A stretch of 64,000 bases of DNA. Source: an uncultured Gemmatimonadales bacterium (GTDB lineage: Bacteria; Gemmatimonadota; Gemmatimonadetes; Gemmatimonadales; GWC2-71-9). Positions 45,675 through 55,492 of the stretch are shown one piece after another (the stretch's first letter is position 1; each line of letters opens with the position of its first letter). The DNA is taken from positions 64,001-128,000 of the forward strand of contig CAVSLV010000004.1 in the NCBI GenBank assembly GCA_963728915.1, given 5' to 3'. The position numbers were made by a program, and so were the translations under genes. Below the pieces are notes generated by a model. The model did not search any database. It saw only the letters and a list, made by a program, of their open reading frames with translations, and was not told the origin of the DNA.

Positions 45675-47264
45675 ATGTGCATCTGCCGGACCACCGCGGC
45701 GCTGCTCGCGCTCCTGCCGACGATTGCCCGATCCCAGGAAGTCTCCGATACCTCGCAGGTCATTCGCGCGGTGGAGATCCGCCGGCTCAACGTGTTCGGG
45801 CCCACCGAGGCCACCAGCACGCTGCCCCGTCTGGCGAACAGCCTGCACCGGACCACCCGGCAGGGGGTGGTCGAGCGGGAGCTGCTGTTTCATTCCGGGA
45901 TGGTCTATGACTCGGCCCGGGTCGCGGAGACCGCGCGGAACCTCCGTTCCGTCGGCGTGTTCCGGAGCGTGTCGATCGACTCGGTCCACACCGACAGCGG
46001 TCTCATCGTGCGGGTAACCACGGCCGACGGGTGGACCACCCGGCCGGACTTCCGGTTCGGAAGCTCCGGGTCGAGTATCACCTACACCGCTGCGCTGGAC
46101 GAGCTCAACTTCCTGGGCACCGCGACCCAGCTCGGGGTGCGCTATCGAAAGGACCCCGATCGCTCGAGTGTGATTGGAACCTTTCGCCAGCCACGGCTGC
46201 TCTGGCGCAGCGTCGGCCTGTCGCTCGCCTACTACCATCTGAGCGACGGCGACATCGAAATCGGGTCGCTCTCCCGGCCCTTCTTCTCCCTCTCGGATCG
46301 CACCGGCTGGACGCTCGGCGGGGATCTCCGGAACCACCGGATTCTTCGCTTCTACGACGGGGAGGATGTCGCGCGGGACTCCCTGCAACACCGGTTCGGG
46401 CTCGTCTACAGCTCGATCGCCCACGCCATCCGGGCGGGACCGGGCGGTTACTTGCGGCTCGGGATCAACGGGAGCGTGCGCCGTGACGACTATGCGGCGG
46501 AAGCGCGGGCCGACACCATCGGAAAGAGCGTGACCGGTCTGGTGGGCGCCTTTCTGCAATGGCGGCAGGCGCGATTCCTGGTGTCCCGAGGGCTAACCTC
46601 GTTCGGCCGGGAAGAGGACGTCGACGTCAGCACCGCCATCGGGATCGGACTGGGGATCACGCCGAAAGGGTTTGGATACGACGAGGACGGGATCGTACCC
46701 ACGGTGTCGTTTCTCACCGGGTTCGGCAGCGTCAGGCACTTCGTGCAGCTCTTCGGCACCGGGACCCTGCGGTACACGTCGGCTGGACTCGACTCCGGCA
46801 CCGTGCAGGTCGCCGCGACCGGTTTCCTGGTTCCGGCGGCGCGCCACCTGGCCGTGCTTCACGGATCGGCGGGATGGCAGTGGAATCCCGCGCCCGGAGG
46901 AGAATTCGATCTCGGGCTCGGTCTCGGGCCGCGGGCATTTCGAGCCCACGCTTTCACTGGAGACCGGGCCTTTCTCACCTCGGCGGAATACCGCTTCACC
47001 CTCTCGGACGAGCTGCTCAAGCTGAGCGCGGTGGGCCTCGCCGGATTCGTGGACTATGGTGGCGCGTGGTGGCATGACCAGCCTCGCCGGACCGGCTGGG
47101 ATTTCGGCGTTGGGCTCCGGCTCGGTCCAACCCGGGCGACCAATGTGAAGAGTACCCGGGTCGATCTGGCCTACCGGGTTGGGAATGATGCCCAACCCGG
47201 CGGCTGGGTGCTGGTGGTGGGGGCCGGTTTCGCCTTTCTTCCCAGCTTCCGGCTGGCCCCCTGA
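45675..47264 (+). CDS. Omp85/BamA-TamA-like outer membrane protein (POTRA-like domain + barrel)
   Basis: Signal peptide, TRQGVVERELLF, ETARNLR, ELNFLG, AEYR, FVDYGGAW, GVGLRL. Confidence 0.8.
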   Translation: MCICRTTAALLALLPTIARSQEVSDTSQVIRAVEIRRLNVFGPTEATSTLPRLANSLHRTTRQGVVERELLFHSGMVYDSARVAETARNLRSVGVFRSVSIDSVHTDSGLIVRVTTADGWTTRPDFRFGSSGSSITYTAALDELNFLGTATQLGVRYRKDPDRSSVIGTFRQPRLLWRSVGLSLAYYHLSDGDIEIGSLSRPFFSLSDRTGWTLGGDLRNHRILRFYDGEDVARDSLQHRFGLVYSSIAHAIRAGPGGYLRLGINGSVRRDDYAAEARADTIGKSVTGLVGAFLQWRQARFLVSRGLTSFGREEDVDVSTAIGIGLGITPKGFGYDEDGIVPTVSFLTGFGSVRHFVQLFGTGTLRYTSAGLDSGTVQVAATGFLVPAARHLAVLHGSAGWQWNPAPGGEFDLGLGLGPRAFRAHAFTGDRAFLTSAEYRFTLSDELLKLSAVGLAGFVDYGGAWWHDQPRRTGWDFGVGLRLGPTRATNVKSTRVDLAYRVGNDAQPGGWVLVVGAGFAFLPSFRLAP

Positions 47265-47367
47265 CCGTGTCCGACTGACCGGTTTCGAAGCCTCGCCTCG
47301 TTGGCGACGGCCCCACCGGGACGATAGATTTCTTCCAGGCGAGCCGTCAGGGTGGCTTCGCCTCCCC

Positions 47368-47439
<72 letters not shown>

Positions 47440-47468
47440 CTGCCCTGGAAGCGAGGTGATGGGCAGTC

Positions 47469-48215
47469 ATGCACGCGCGAGCTCGGTTCGCAGTCCTCCT
47501 CCTGACATCGCTGCACGGGTTAGGCACGATGCTTCTGGCCCAGACCGGGAGCATCACCGGAACCGTCATCAACGCGATGGGTGGCGGGGCGATCGAAGGC
47601 GCCCGGGTCGAGCTGGTCGGCACGAGCCATCTCGCCTCGACCACCCGGCGGGGAGAATTCACCTTCAAGGACCTCGAACCGGGCAAGTACACCATCCAGG
47701 CCAGCGCGATCGGCTACGCGACGCTGAGCGCCGAGCTCGAGGTCAAAGCCAGGGAGACCCTGGAAGTGGAGTTCCAGGCCCAGGCCGAATCGGTCCATCT
47801 TCCCGATGTGGATGTGAAGGAAGGGCCTCGGCTTCCGTCCGAGTTCGTGCGCCGGAGCCAGGAGGGTGGTGGCCGGTATCTGAGCCGGGCTGAGATCGAG
47901 CGCCGTCCCGGCGCCGCAACGGTCACCGACCTGCTCCGGACCTTTCCCGGGGTGCGGATCAACTGCCGAAGCAACCCCTGCGTTCCGTCCTTCACCCGCG
48001 CGACCAGGAATTGCGGCCCGTCCTTCTTTCTCGACGGGATGGAAACCGAGGCTTCCGCGCTGATGATGCAACCGGCCCGCGAGGTGGACGGGATCGAGGT
48101 GTATTCCGGGCTGGCGGAGATGCCCCCCGAGCTCAGGGGCAGGAACGGTGGGTGCGGTGCCTTCGTGGTCTGGACCCGCACCCCCCCCGACGCGAGGCGC
48201 AAGCCCAAGCCCTAG
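47469..48215 (+). CDS. Carboxypeptidase-regulatory-like domain + TonB plug-like domain protein (no barrel)
   Basis: GSITGTV...PGKYTIQASAIGY; DLLRTFPGV, FLDG, IEVYSG, CGAFVVWTR. Confidence 0.8.
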   Translation: MHARARFAVLLLTSLHGLGTMLLAQTGSITGTVINAMGGGAIEGARVELVGTSHLASTTRRGEFTFKDLEPGKYTIQASAIGYATLSAELEVKARETLEVEFQAQAESVHLPDVDVKEGPRLPSEFVRRSQEGGGRYLSRAEIERRPGAATVTDLLRTFPGVRINCRSNPCVPSFTRATRNCGPSFFLDGMETEASALMMQPAREVDGIEVYSGLAEMPPELRGRNGGCGAFVVWTRTPPDARRKPKP

Positions 48216-49318
48216 CTGCGGTGCGAGAGGGCGCCCGCCTTCTTCTCGATTCCCTTCAACACCCCGCGATACGACGTTGCGAACTTCTCGACGCCCTCGA
48301 TCTCGAGATCGTGGGTGATCCGGTCGAGGTCGATGCCGCGCCGCCGGACCTCGTCCAACTGGTGGTGCGCTGCACTCATGGTCTGGTTGATCCGAAGCTC
48401 GGGGTGCCCATGATCACGGTAGGCGTCGATGGTCTCGGGCGGCATGGTGTTCACGGTGTGCTGGGCGATCAGCGGCTCGATGTAGTGGGTGTCGGAGTAG
48501 CGGGGATCCTTGGTGCTGGTGGAAGCCCAGAGCGGCCGTTGGGGGTGGGCCCCGAGACTCGCGAGCGGACGCCAGCGGGGTGAGGCCAGGGAACGCTGAA
48601 ACGCTTCGTACGCGTTGGCGGCGTTCGCGATCGCGATGGTTCCCCGCAGGGGATCGTCGGGCTCGCCCCGATCGAGCAGGGGATCGACCTTGCCGTCGAC
48701 CCGGCTCACGAAGAACGAGGCGACCGATGTCAGGCGGTCGATCGGTTTGCCCGCGACGATTCGCTGCTCCAGGCCGAGCAGGAAGGCGTGGATGACCTGC
48801 TCATAGCGATCCACCGAGAAGAGCAGGGTGATGTTCACGTTGATCCCGTGGGCCACCGCCGCGGTGATCGCGGGAAGGCCCGCCTCGGTCCCCGGGATCT
48901 TCACCATGAGATTGGGCCGGCCGACCGCGTCCCACAGGCGCCGCGCCTCGACCTCGGTGGCCTTGGTATCGTTGGCGAATTCCGGATTCACTTCGATGGA
49001 GACCAGCCCGTCCTGTCCCTGGAGCGCGTCGTAGGTCGACCGGAACAGATCGCAGGCGTTCCGGACGTCGTCCACCGTCAGCGCCTCGAAGATGTCGGCG
49101 GGCCCCTTGCCGGCGGCGAGCATCCGGGCGATGTCCTCGTCGTAATGCTCGCTGCCGGTGATGGCTTTCTCGAAGATGGTCGGATTGGACGTCATCCCCC
49201 GGAGCCCGTCGTTCCGGATCAACGTGGAAAGGCGACCCGAGCTGAGCAGGTCCCGCGTGATGTAGTCGAGCCAGGGGCTCTGTCCGAGCTGCCCGAGACG
49301 TACCAGCGGATTCGTCAT
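48212..49318 (-). CDS. tal: Transaldolase
   Basis: [48 protein letters not shown]. Confidence 0.95.
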   Translation of the reverse strand: MTNPLVRLGQLGQSPWLDYITRDLLSSGRLSTLIRNDGLRGMTSNPTIFEKAITGSEHYDEDIARMLAAGKGPADIFEALTVDDVRNACDLFRSTYDALQGQDGLVSIEVNPEFANDTKATEVEARRLWDAVGRPNLMVKIPGTEAGLPAITAAVAHGINVNITLLFSVDRYEQVIHAFLLGLEQRIVAGKPIDRLTSVASFFVSRVDGKVDPLLDRGEPDDPLRGTIAIANAANAYEAFQRSLASPRWRPLASLGAHPQRPLWASTSTKDPRYSDTHYIEPLIAQHTVNTMPPETIDAYRDHGHPELRINQTMSAAHHQLDEVRRRGIDLDRITHDLEIEGVEKFATSYRGVLKGIEKKAGALSHRS

Positions 49319-51378
49319 GCTGCACCTCCTGAAACCAGCGAACGGACTTTCGTCATGATGGCCTCGACGGTGAGGCCGAATTCGTGAAACAGACGCTCTC
49401 CGGGCGCCGAAGCGCCAAAATGGTCGAGCCCGATCGCGGCGCCTGCGTCGGTCAACCACTCCCGCCAGCCCTGGGTGGCCGCCGCCTCGATCGAGACCCG
49501 GATCCGGACCGTCGGCGGGAGGACTTCCTCCCGGTAGGCCTCCGGCTGCATTCGAAAAACCTCCCAGGAAGGGAACGACACGACCCGGGTGCGGATGGCG
49601 GGGCCCCCCTCGCCCCGAGTCAGGCGTTCGGCGGCTTCGAGGGCCAGGTGCACTTCCGATCCGGTGGCGAGGACCAGCGCCTCGGGTGGGCCGGCCGGAG
49701 GCTCGAACAGGACGTAGGCGCCTCGCAGCGCGCCGCTCGCGTTTCCCAGCGCGGCTCGATCCGGAACCGGGACCTTCTGCCGGGTCAATACCAGCGCGGT
49801 GGGCCCGGTCATGCGGGTTATGGCGGTCCGCCAGGCCTGCGCGGTTTCCGCGGCGTCGCCGGGCCGGATCACCACCAGGTTGGGGATGGCGCGGAGCGAG
49901 GCGAGGTGCTCGATCGGCTGGTGGGTCGGTCCGTCCTCGCCCAATCCGATCGAATCGTGGGTGAACACGTAGGTCACCGGAATCGCCATGAGGGCCGCCA
50001 GCCGGATCGCGGGCCGCATGTAGTCGGAGAAGATCAGGAAGGTTCCTCCATAGGGCCGCATCCCGCCATGGAGCGCCATCCCGTTCATCGCCGCGGCCAT
50101 TGCGTGCTCCCGCACTCCCCACGCGATGTTCCTGCCGGGCTTGCCGGGGTCGTAAAGGCTCAGCTCCTTTGCCGTGGTCCCGGTGCTTCCCGCGAGATCC
50201 GCCGATCCTCCCGCCAGGGTGGGCAGCCTGGGGAGGAGGGCCTCGAGCACCTGCGCCGATGCCTGTCTCGTCGCGAGGGGCTTTCCCGCCGGAAAATCCG
50301 GAAGGGTCTGATTCCAGTCGAGGTCAACCGTGCCGGCGAGGGCGGCCTGGTATTCCGCGGCGAGATCGGGATGATCGGCAGTGTAGGCCTCGAGCCGGAT
50401 GGACCAGCCCTGGCGGAGCTCGGACCCGCGTGCCTGGATGTGGGGAGCCTGGGCGGCGACCACCTCCGGGATGACGAAGGTCTTATCCGGTGGCCACCCG
50501 AGGATCTCCTTGGTCCGGCGAACTTCCTCCGCGCCGAGCGGCTCGCCATGCGCCTTGGCGGTGTTCTGCCGGGTCGGGGCCGGATACCCGATGATGGTCC
50601 GGAGCACGATCAGCATCGGCCGTTCAGTTTCCTGGGCGGCTTCACTCAGGGCCGCATCGATCGCCACGAGGTCGTTCCCATCGTCGACATGGAGAACGCG
50701 CCAGCCGTAGGCTTCGAATCGGCGGCCCACGTCCTCGGTGAAGGTGCGATCGGTCTTCCCGTCGATGGTGATGTGGTTCGCGTCGTAGATCACCTTGAGC
50801 TTGCCGAGCCGGAGGTGTCCCGCAAGCGAGGACGCTTCACTGGCCACGCCTTCCATCATGTCGCCGTCGCTCGCAAATGCCCAGGTCCGGTGATTCACGA
50901 TCTCGTGCCCGGGCCGGTTGAATCGCGACGCGAGCAGAGTTTCCGCGATCGCCATGCCGACGGCGTTCCCGAGTCCCTGACCCAGGGGGCCGGTGGTCGT
51001 CTCGACGCCGACCGTGTGGCGATACTCGGGGTGACCGGGGGTCTTCGAGCCCCACTGCCGGAAGTTCCGGATTTCCTCGAGGGAAAGACCGTAGCCGGTG
51101 AGATGGAGGAGGCTGTAGAGCAGCATCGATGCGTGGCCGCAGGACAGCACGAAGCGATCGCGATCGGGCCAATCCGGGTCAACCGGGTCATGCCGGAGGT
51201 GCCGGGTCCACAGCAGCCAGCCCACCGGGGCCAGCGCCATCGGCGTTCCGGGGTGGCCGCTCTGGGCCGCTTCGACCGCGTCCATTGCCAGCACACGGAT
51301 CGTGTCGATGCACTTCTGGGTGAGCTCGGTCTCGGTGTTCGCGGGGCGCGTTTCAGCGGGTCGGGTTTCGACGGTCAG
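49315..51378 (-). CDS. tkt: Transketolase
   Basis: [43 protein letters not shown]. Probable CTG start at 51378 after AAGGAG. Confidence 0.96.
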   Translation of the reverse strand: MTVETRPAETRPANTETELTQKCIDTIRVLAMDAVEAAQSGHPGTPMALAPVGWLLWTRHLRHDPVDPDWPDRDRFVLSCGHASMLLYSLLHLTGYGLSLEEIRNFRQWGSKTPGHPEYRHTVGVETTTGPLGQGLGNAVGMAIAETLLASRFNRPGHEIVNHRTWAFASDGDMMEGVASEASSLAGHLRLGKLKVIYDANHITIDGKTDRTFTEDVGRRFEAYGWRVLHVDDGNDLVAIDAALSEAAQETERPMLIVLRTIIGYPAPTRQNTAKAHGEPLGAEEVRRTKEILGWPPDKTFVIPEVVAAQAPHIQARGSELRQGWSIRLEAYTADHPDLAAEYQAALAGTVDLDWNQTLPDFPAGKPLATRQASAQVLEALLPRLPTLAGGSADLAGSTGTTAKELSLYDPGKPGRNIAWGVREHAMAAAMNGMALHGGMRPYGGTFLIFSDYMRPAIRLAALMAIPVTYVFTHDSIGLGEDGPTHQPIEHLASLRAIPNLVVIRPGDAAETAQAWRTAITRMTGPTALVLTRQKVPVPDRAALGNASGALRGAYVLFEPPAGPPEALVLATGSEVHLALEAAERLTRGEGGPAIRTRVVSFPSWEVFRMQPEAYREEVLPPTVRIRVSIEAAATQGWREWLTDAGAAIGLDHFGASAPGERLFHEFGLTVEAIMTKVRSLVSGGAA

Positions 51379-51460
51379 GGCAGGCTCCTTTCCAACGAAG
51401 CACCAGCGGGTCCGGTCTGCAAAGTAAGCGAGCGGCGGGTGGGTGATTAAGTTTCAGGCC

Positions 51461-51868
51461 GTGCCACGAAAGCCACGCAAACGCCGCTCGTCTTCACCTC
51501 CTTCAGCGCACGCCAGTTCCAAGACCCTTCGCCGCTCGGGAGGACGCTCGTATCAGGCCCACCGGGACTGGCTTCTGGCGCAGCATGGGCCGGTCTGCGC
51601 CTACTGCGGGGTGACGACGAGCCCCGAGAGCATCACACTGGATCACGTGCGACCCCGGCGCGGGCAAACCGCGTACGATCGGCCGGACAACCTGGTCCTC
51701 TCCTGTTCCACCTGCAATGCCGCCAAAGCCGACATGCCGTTCCTGGCGTTTCTGCTCGCCCGCCGAAGCCGCGGGGTCTACCTGCTCCACTACGGCGACC
51801 ATCTCTCCGAAGGCATCAAGAAGATCGTTCGCGAAGTGACCGAGCGCCCCCTTCTTCCGGCCGACTAG
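51461..51868 (+). CDS. HNH endonuclease domain protein
   Basis: CAYCG...TLDHVRP...NLVLSCSTCNAAKAD. Confidence 0.88.
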   Translation: MPRKPRKRRSSSPPSAHASSKTLRRSGGRSYQAHRDWLLAQHGPVCAYCGVTTSPESITLDHVRPRRGQTAYDRPDNLVLSCSTCNAAKADMPFLAFLLARRSRGVYLLHYGDHLSEGIKKIVREVTERPLLPAD

Positions 51869-54800
51869 TCAAGGGGCTGGCTTGCCCAAGGCTTCGTTCA
51901 CGATCCTTGCCTGCTCGGCTGAATGCGCTTCCGGGTACCCCTCCGCCGGGCTCGCCCGCTCCGGCCTTCCCACGTAGCGAAGCGCCGCACCCTCCGGCAG
52001 TAACCGGCTCAACCGGGGCGCCACGTAGAACCATGCCCCCATGTTGAGCGGCTCCTCCTGGACCCAGACGAACTCGGTGGCGGAAGGATATCGGGCCAGG
52101 ACCGACCTGACCGGGTCTTCGAGGAACGTGTGCAGCCCCTCGATCCGCACGATCGCCGGTCTGGGATCGAGGCCCTCGGTTTCGGGGAGGAGATCGTAGT
52201 AGACCTTGCCGGAACAGAACACGACCCGGCGGACCGCGTCGGGATGGGCGGCGATCGTCGGGTCGGGATCGTCCAGCACCGGTTGGAAGGCGCCCCGGGT
52301 CAGATCCTCGAGGCGAGAGGCGGCCTGAGGCAGCCGAAGGAGGCTCTTCGGACTGAAGATCACAAGCGGCCTCACCCGTGATCGGCGGGCCTGGCGGCGG
52401 AGCAGGTGGAAGTACTGGGCCGGCGTGGTGCAGTTCGCGACCCGGAAATTTCCTTCCGCGGCGAGCTGGAGGAATCGCTCGAGCCGGGCGCTGGAGTGCT
52501 CCGGTCCTCCCCCTTCGTACCCGTGCGGCAGCAGCAGGGTCAACCGGTTGGTGACACCCCATTTCGAGAGTCCCGCGGCGATGAACTGATCGACGATGAC
52601 CTGGGCCCCATTGATGAAATCGCCGTACTGCGCCTCCCAGATGACCAGGGCCTCCGAAGCCGCGGTCGCGTAGCCGTACTCGAAGCCGAGCGTCGCGAGC
52701 TCCGAGAGTGGGCTGTTGTAGATCTCGAACGCCGCAAGCGCGCTGGGGAGCCGCCGCATCGGGGTCCAGGTTTCGCCCGTCGTCGCGTCGTGCAGGACCA
52801 GGTGGCGCTGACTGAACGTCCCGCGCTCGGCGTCCTCGCCGGTAAAGCGAATGGGGATTCCTTCGGTGAGCAGCGAGGCGAGCGCCAGCGCCTCGGCGTG
52901 GCCCCAATCGATCCCTCCATCCGCGTCCAGGGCAGTCCGGCGCCGCTCGAGCTGGCGCTTGAGCTTGGGATTGACCGTGAAGCCTTCGGGCACCGTGAGC
53001 AGGCTCTCGTTCAGGGCGCGGAGCCGGTCTTCCGGCACCTCGGTCGACACGGTCTCGCTGGTGACCAGCCGGGTCGGGGCAGGCTGGGCGGTGGCGGCCT
53101 TGGCCGCGCTGGCCCGAAAGCTCTGCTGCACGTCGATCAGCTTCTGATAGGCGGACTCGAACCGTTGTGCGGCCTCCTCCTCGGTCAGCAGCCCCGCCTC
53201 GACCAGGGATCGGGCGTAGAGCGTGCGCACCGATGGGTGGCTCCGGATCCGCTCGTACATGAGCGGCTGGGTGTAGGCCGGCTCGTCGGCCTCGTTATGT
53301 CCCCAGCGGCGGTATCCCACCAGGTCGATCAGGATGTCGAGGTGGAACTGCTGCCGGTACATCACCGCGAGCCGGATTGCGGCCAGACACCCTTCCGCGT
53401 CATCCGCGTTCACATGGATGATCGGAATGTCGAAGCCCTTGGCGAGATCGCTGGCGTGCTGGGTTGAGCGGGCTTCGCCCATGTCGGTGGTGAAGCCGAT
53501 CTGGTTGTTCGCGATCAGGTGCATGGTTCCGCCCACCCGATATCCCGGGAGCGCGTTGAGGTTGAGGGTCTCGGCGACGATGCCCTGACCCGCGAACGCG
53601 GCGTCGCCGTGGATCTGCAGCGGCCAGCACACCGACGAATCGTGGTGGAGGTCCCGGGTCTTCCGCTGGCTCTGCCGGGCCCGGGCGTTCCCATCCACGA
53701 CCGGATTCACGAACTCGAGGTGACTGGGATTGTTGATCAGCGCGACCGCGATCGACTTGCCGGAACGGGTGAGATAGGCCCCTTCCGCCCCGAGGTGGTA
53801 CTTCACGTCGCCGGTGCCGTCGTGATCCAGGCCGGGCGCCTCCTCATCCTTCTGGCCGCCTTCGAATTCCGCGAAGATCGCGGGGTAGGGTCGCCCGATG
53901 TTGTGCACCAGGACATTGAGTCTTCCCCGGTGCGCCATCCCCATCACGATTTCCCGGGCCCCGTGCTCCGCGGCGAGGTCGAACAGGAGATCGAGCATGG
54001 GCACCATCAGGTCGAGCCCCTCGATGGAAAATCGCTTCTGCCCGAGGTAGGACTTATGGAGGAACTGCTCGAAGGCCTCCACCGCGATGAGGCGATCCAG
54101 CAGCCGGAGCCGTTCCTCCCCCTCGAGCGGAGCGCGATGGGCCCCGGATTCGATGACCTGTCGAAGCCAGGCGCGCTGCTCGTGGTCGCTCACGTGCTCG
54201 ACTTCGTAGGCGATGGTGCCGCAGTAGGTCTCCTGGAGATGGGGCAGGGCGTCGGCCAGGGTGTCTCCCGGAACCGCGATCCGGAGGACACCGGCGGGCA
54301 CCGATCGCATCCCCTCTTCGGTCAGGCCCAGAGTGGCCGGATCGAGCGCGGGATCTCCCGGTGGCGGGGTTCCCAGCGGATCGAGGCGGGCCGCCAGGTG
54401 GCCGTGGGTGCGATAGGCATCGATCAATGCCATCGCCGAAGCCACGTTTTCGAGCGAGGTGGTGGCGATGCGATCGGCGAGCCGAGCCGCAGCGACCGGT
54501 CCGGCGACCGAGGGGGTCGAGGGAGGGTAGTGGATGCCGAAACTCTCGAAGATCCCCTCGTAGAATCCATCCTCGCCCGACAACAGGCGTTCCACGGTCC
54601 TGAGGAACTCGCCCGACTCCGCTCCCTGGATCACCCGATGATCGTAGGTGCTGGAGATGGTCATCACCTTGGAGAGGCCGAGCCCGGCGATTTGGTCCGC
54701 GGGGGTCGCGGCGAAGACCGCGGGATACCGGATCGCCCCCACCGCGATGATGGTCCCTTGACCCGCCATGAGCCGGGGAACCGACGCGCTGGTTCCGATG

Positions 54801-55492
54801 CCGCCGGGATTCGTCAGTGTCAGAGTGGCGCCGACGAAGTCGTCGGGCAGCAGCCGATTGGTGCGTGCCTTCTGCACCAGGGCGTCGTAGGCGGCCTGGA
54901 ACTCCGCGTAGCTCATGGCCTCGGCGTGTTTCACCACCGGAACCACCAGCCCGCGCGATCCATCCTTCCGCTCGACATCCACCGCCAGGCCAAGGTGGAT
55001 ACCGTCGGGAATCACCCGATGGGCGTTCCCGTCGTCCGCGGCGAAGCTCTGGCCCATCACGGGATGCTGGCGAGTGGCCTGGACCAGGGCCCAGGCAATG
55101 AAATGGGTGAAGGAGGCCTTGTGGGTCTGGTTGAACCGGGATCGGGCGGCCGCGAGCGCCGCGACCGGAATCTCCCGGAACGAGGTCGCAGTCGGAACCG
55201 AGAGGCTCTCGGTCATGTTCTGCACCAGCCGGAGCGCGGGTCCCTTGATCGGAGTTCGAGAACCGGTCCCGGACGGGGCCGGTCTGGTCAGTGCCGCGGC
55301 GCGGGGGCTGGCGTCGGGCTCGGGAGCAGGCCGTCCATTTCCACTGGTCGGGAGCTCTCCCACTCGGCCGCTTTCGAACAGGCTTCGCCACTCGGCGGGG
55401 ACCGATTGGGGGTCGCGCAGGTAGTCCTCGTATACCGCCTGCGCGAAGCCGGCGTTGGCGGTCTCAAAAACGTTGGGATCAATCGTGCTCAT
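51869..55492 (-). CDS. sucA: Multifunctional 2-oxoglutarate dehydrogenase E1 with N-terminal acyltransferase domain (Kgd/OdhA type)
   Basis: TYDHRVIQGAESG, GQKRFSIEG, GMAHRGRLN, HGDAAFAGQG, LLLPHGYEGGGPEHSSAR. Confidence 0.95.
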   Translation of the reverse strand: MSTIDPNVFETANAGFAQAVYEDYLRDPQSVPAEWRSLFESGRVGELPTSGNGRPAPEPDASPRAAALTRPAPSGTGSRTPIKGPALRLVQNMTESLSVPTATSFREIPVAALAAARSRFNQTHKASFTHFIAWALVQATRQHPVMGQSFAADDGNAHRVIPDGIHLGLAVDVERKDGSRGLVVPVVKHAEAMSYAEFQAAYDALVQKARTNRLLPDDFVGATLTLTNPGGIGTSASVPRLMAGQGTIIAVGAIRYPAVFAATPADQIAGLGLSKVMTISSTYDHRVIQGAESGEFLRTVERLLSGEDGFYEGIFESFGIHYPPSTPSVAGPVAAARLADRIATTSLENVASAMALIDAYRTHGHLAARLDPLGTPPPGDPALDPATLGLTEEGMRSVPAGVLRIAVPGDTLADALPHLQETYCGTIAYEVEHVSDHEQRAWLRQVIESGAHRAPLEGEERLRLLDRLIAVEAFEQFLHKSYLGQKRFSIEGLDLMVPMLDLLFDLAAEHGAREIVMGMAHRGRLNVLVHNIGRPYPAIFAEFEGGQKDEEAPGLDHDGTGDVKYHLGAEGAYLTRSGKSIAVALINNPSHLEFVNPVVDGNARARQSQRKTRDLHHDSSVCWPLQIHGDAAFAGQGIVAETLNLNALPGYRVGGTMHLIANNQIGFTTDMGEARSTQHASDLAKGFDIPIIHVNADDAEGCLAAIRLAVMYRQQFHLDILIDLVGYRRWGHNEADEPAYTQPLMYERIRSHPSVRTLYARSLVEAGLLTEEEAAQRFESAYQKLIDVQQSFRASAAKAATAQPAPTRLVTSETVSTEVPEDRLRALNESLLTVPEGFTVNPKLKRQLERRRTALDADGGIDWGHAEALALASLLTEGIPIRFTGEDAERGTFSQRHLVLHDATTGETWTPMRRLPSALAAFEIYNSPLSELATLGFEYGYATAASEALVIWEAQYGDFINGAQVIVDQFIAAGLSKWGVTNRLTLLLPHGYEGGGPEHSSARLERFLQLAAEGNFRVANCTTPAQYFHLLRRQARRSRVRPLVIFSPKSLLRLPQAASRLEDLTRGAFQPVLDDPDPTIAAHPDAVRRVVFCSGKVYYDLLPETEGLDPRPAIVRIEGLHTFLEDPVRSVLARYPSATEFVWVQEEPLNMGAWFYVAPRLSRLLPEGAALRYVGRPERASPAEGYPEAHSAEQARIVNEALGKPAP

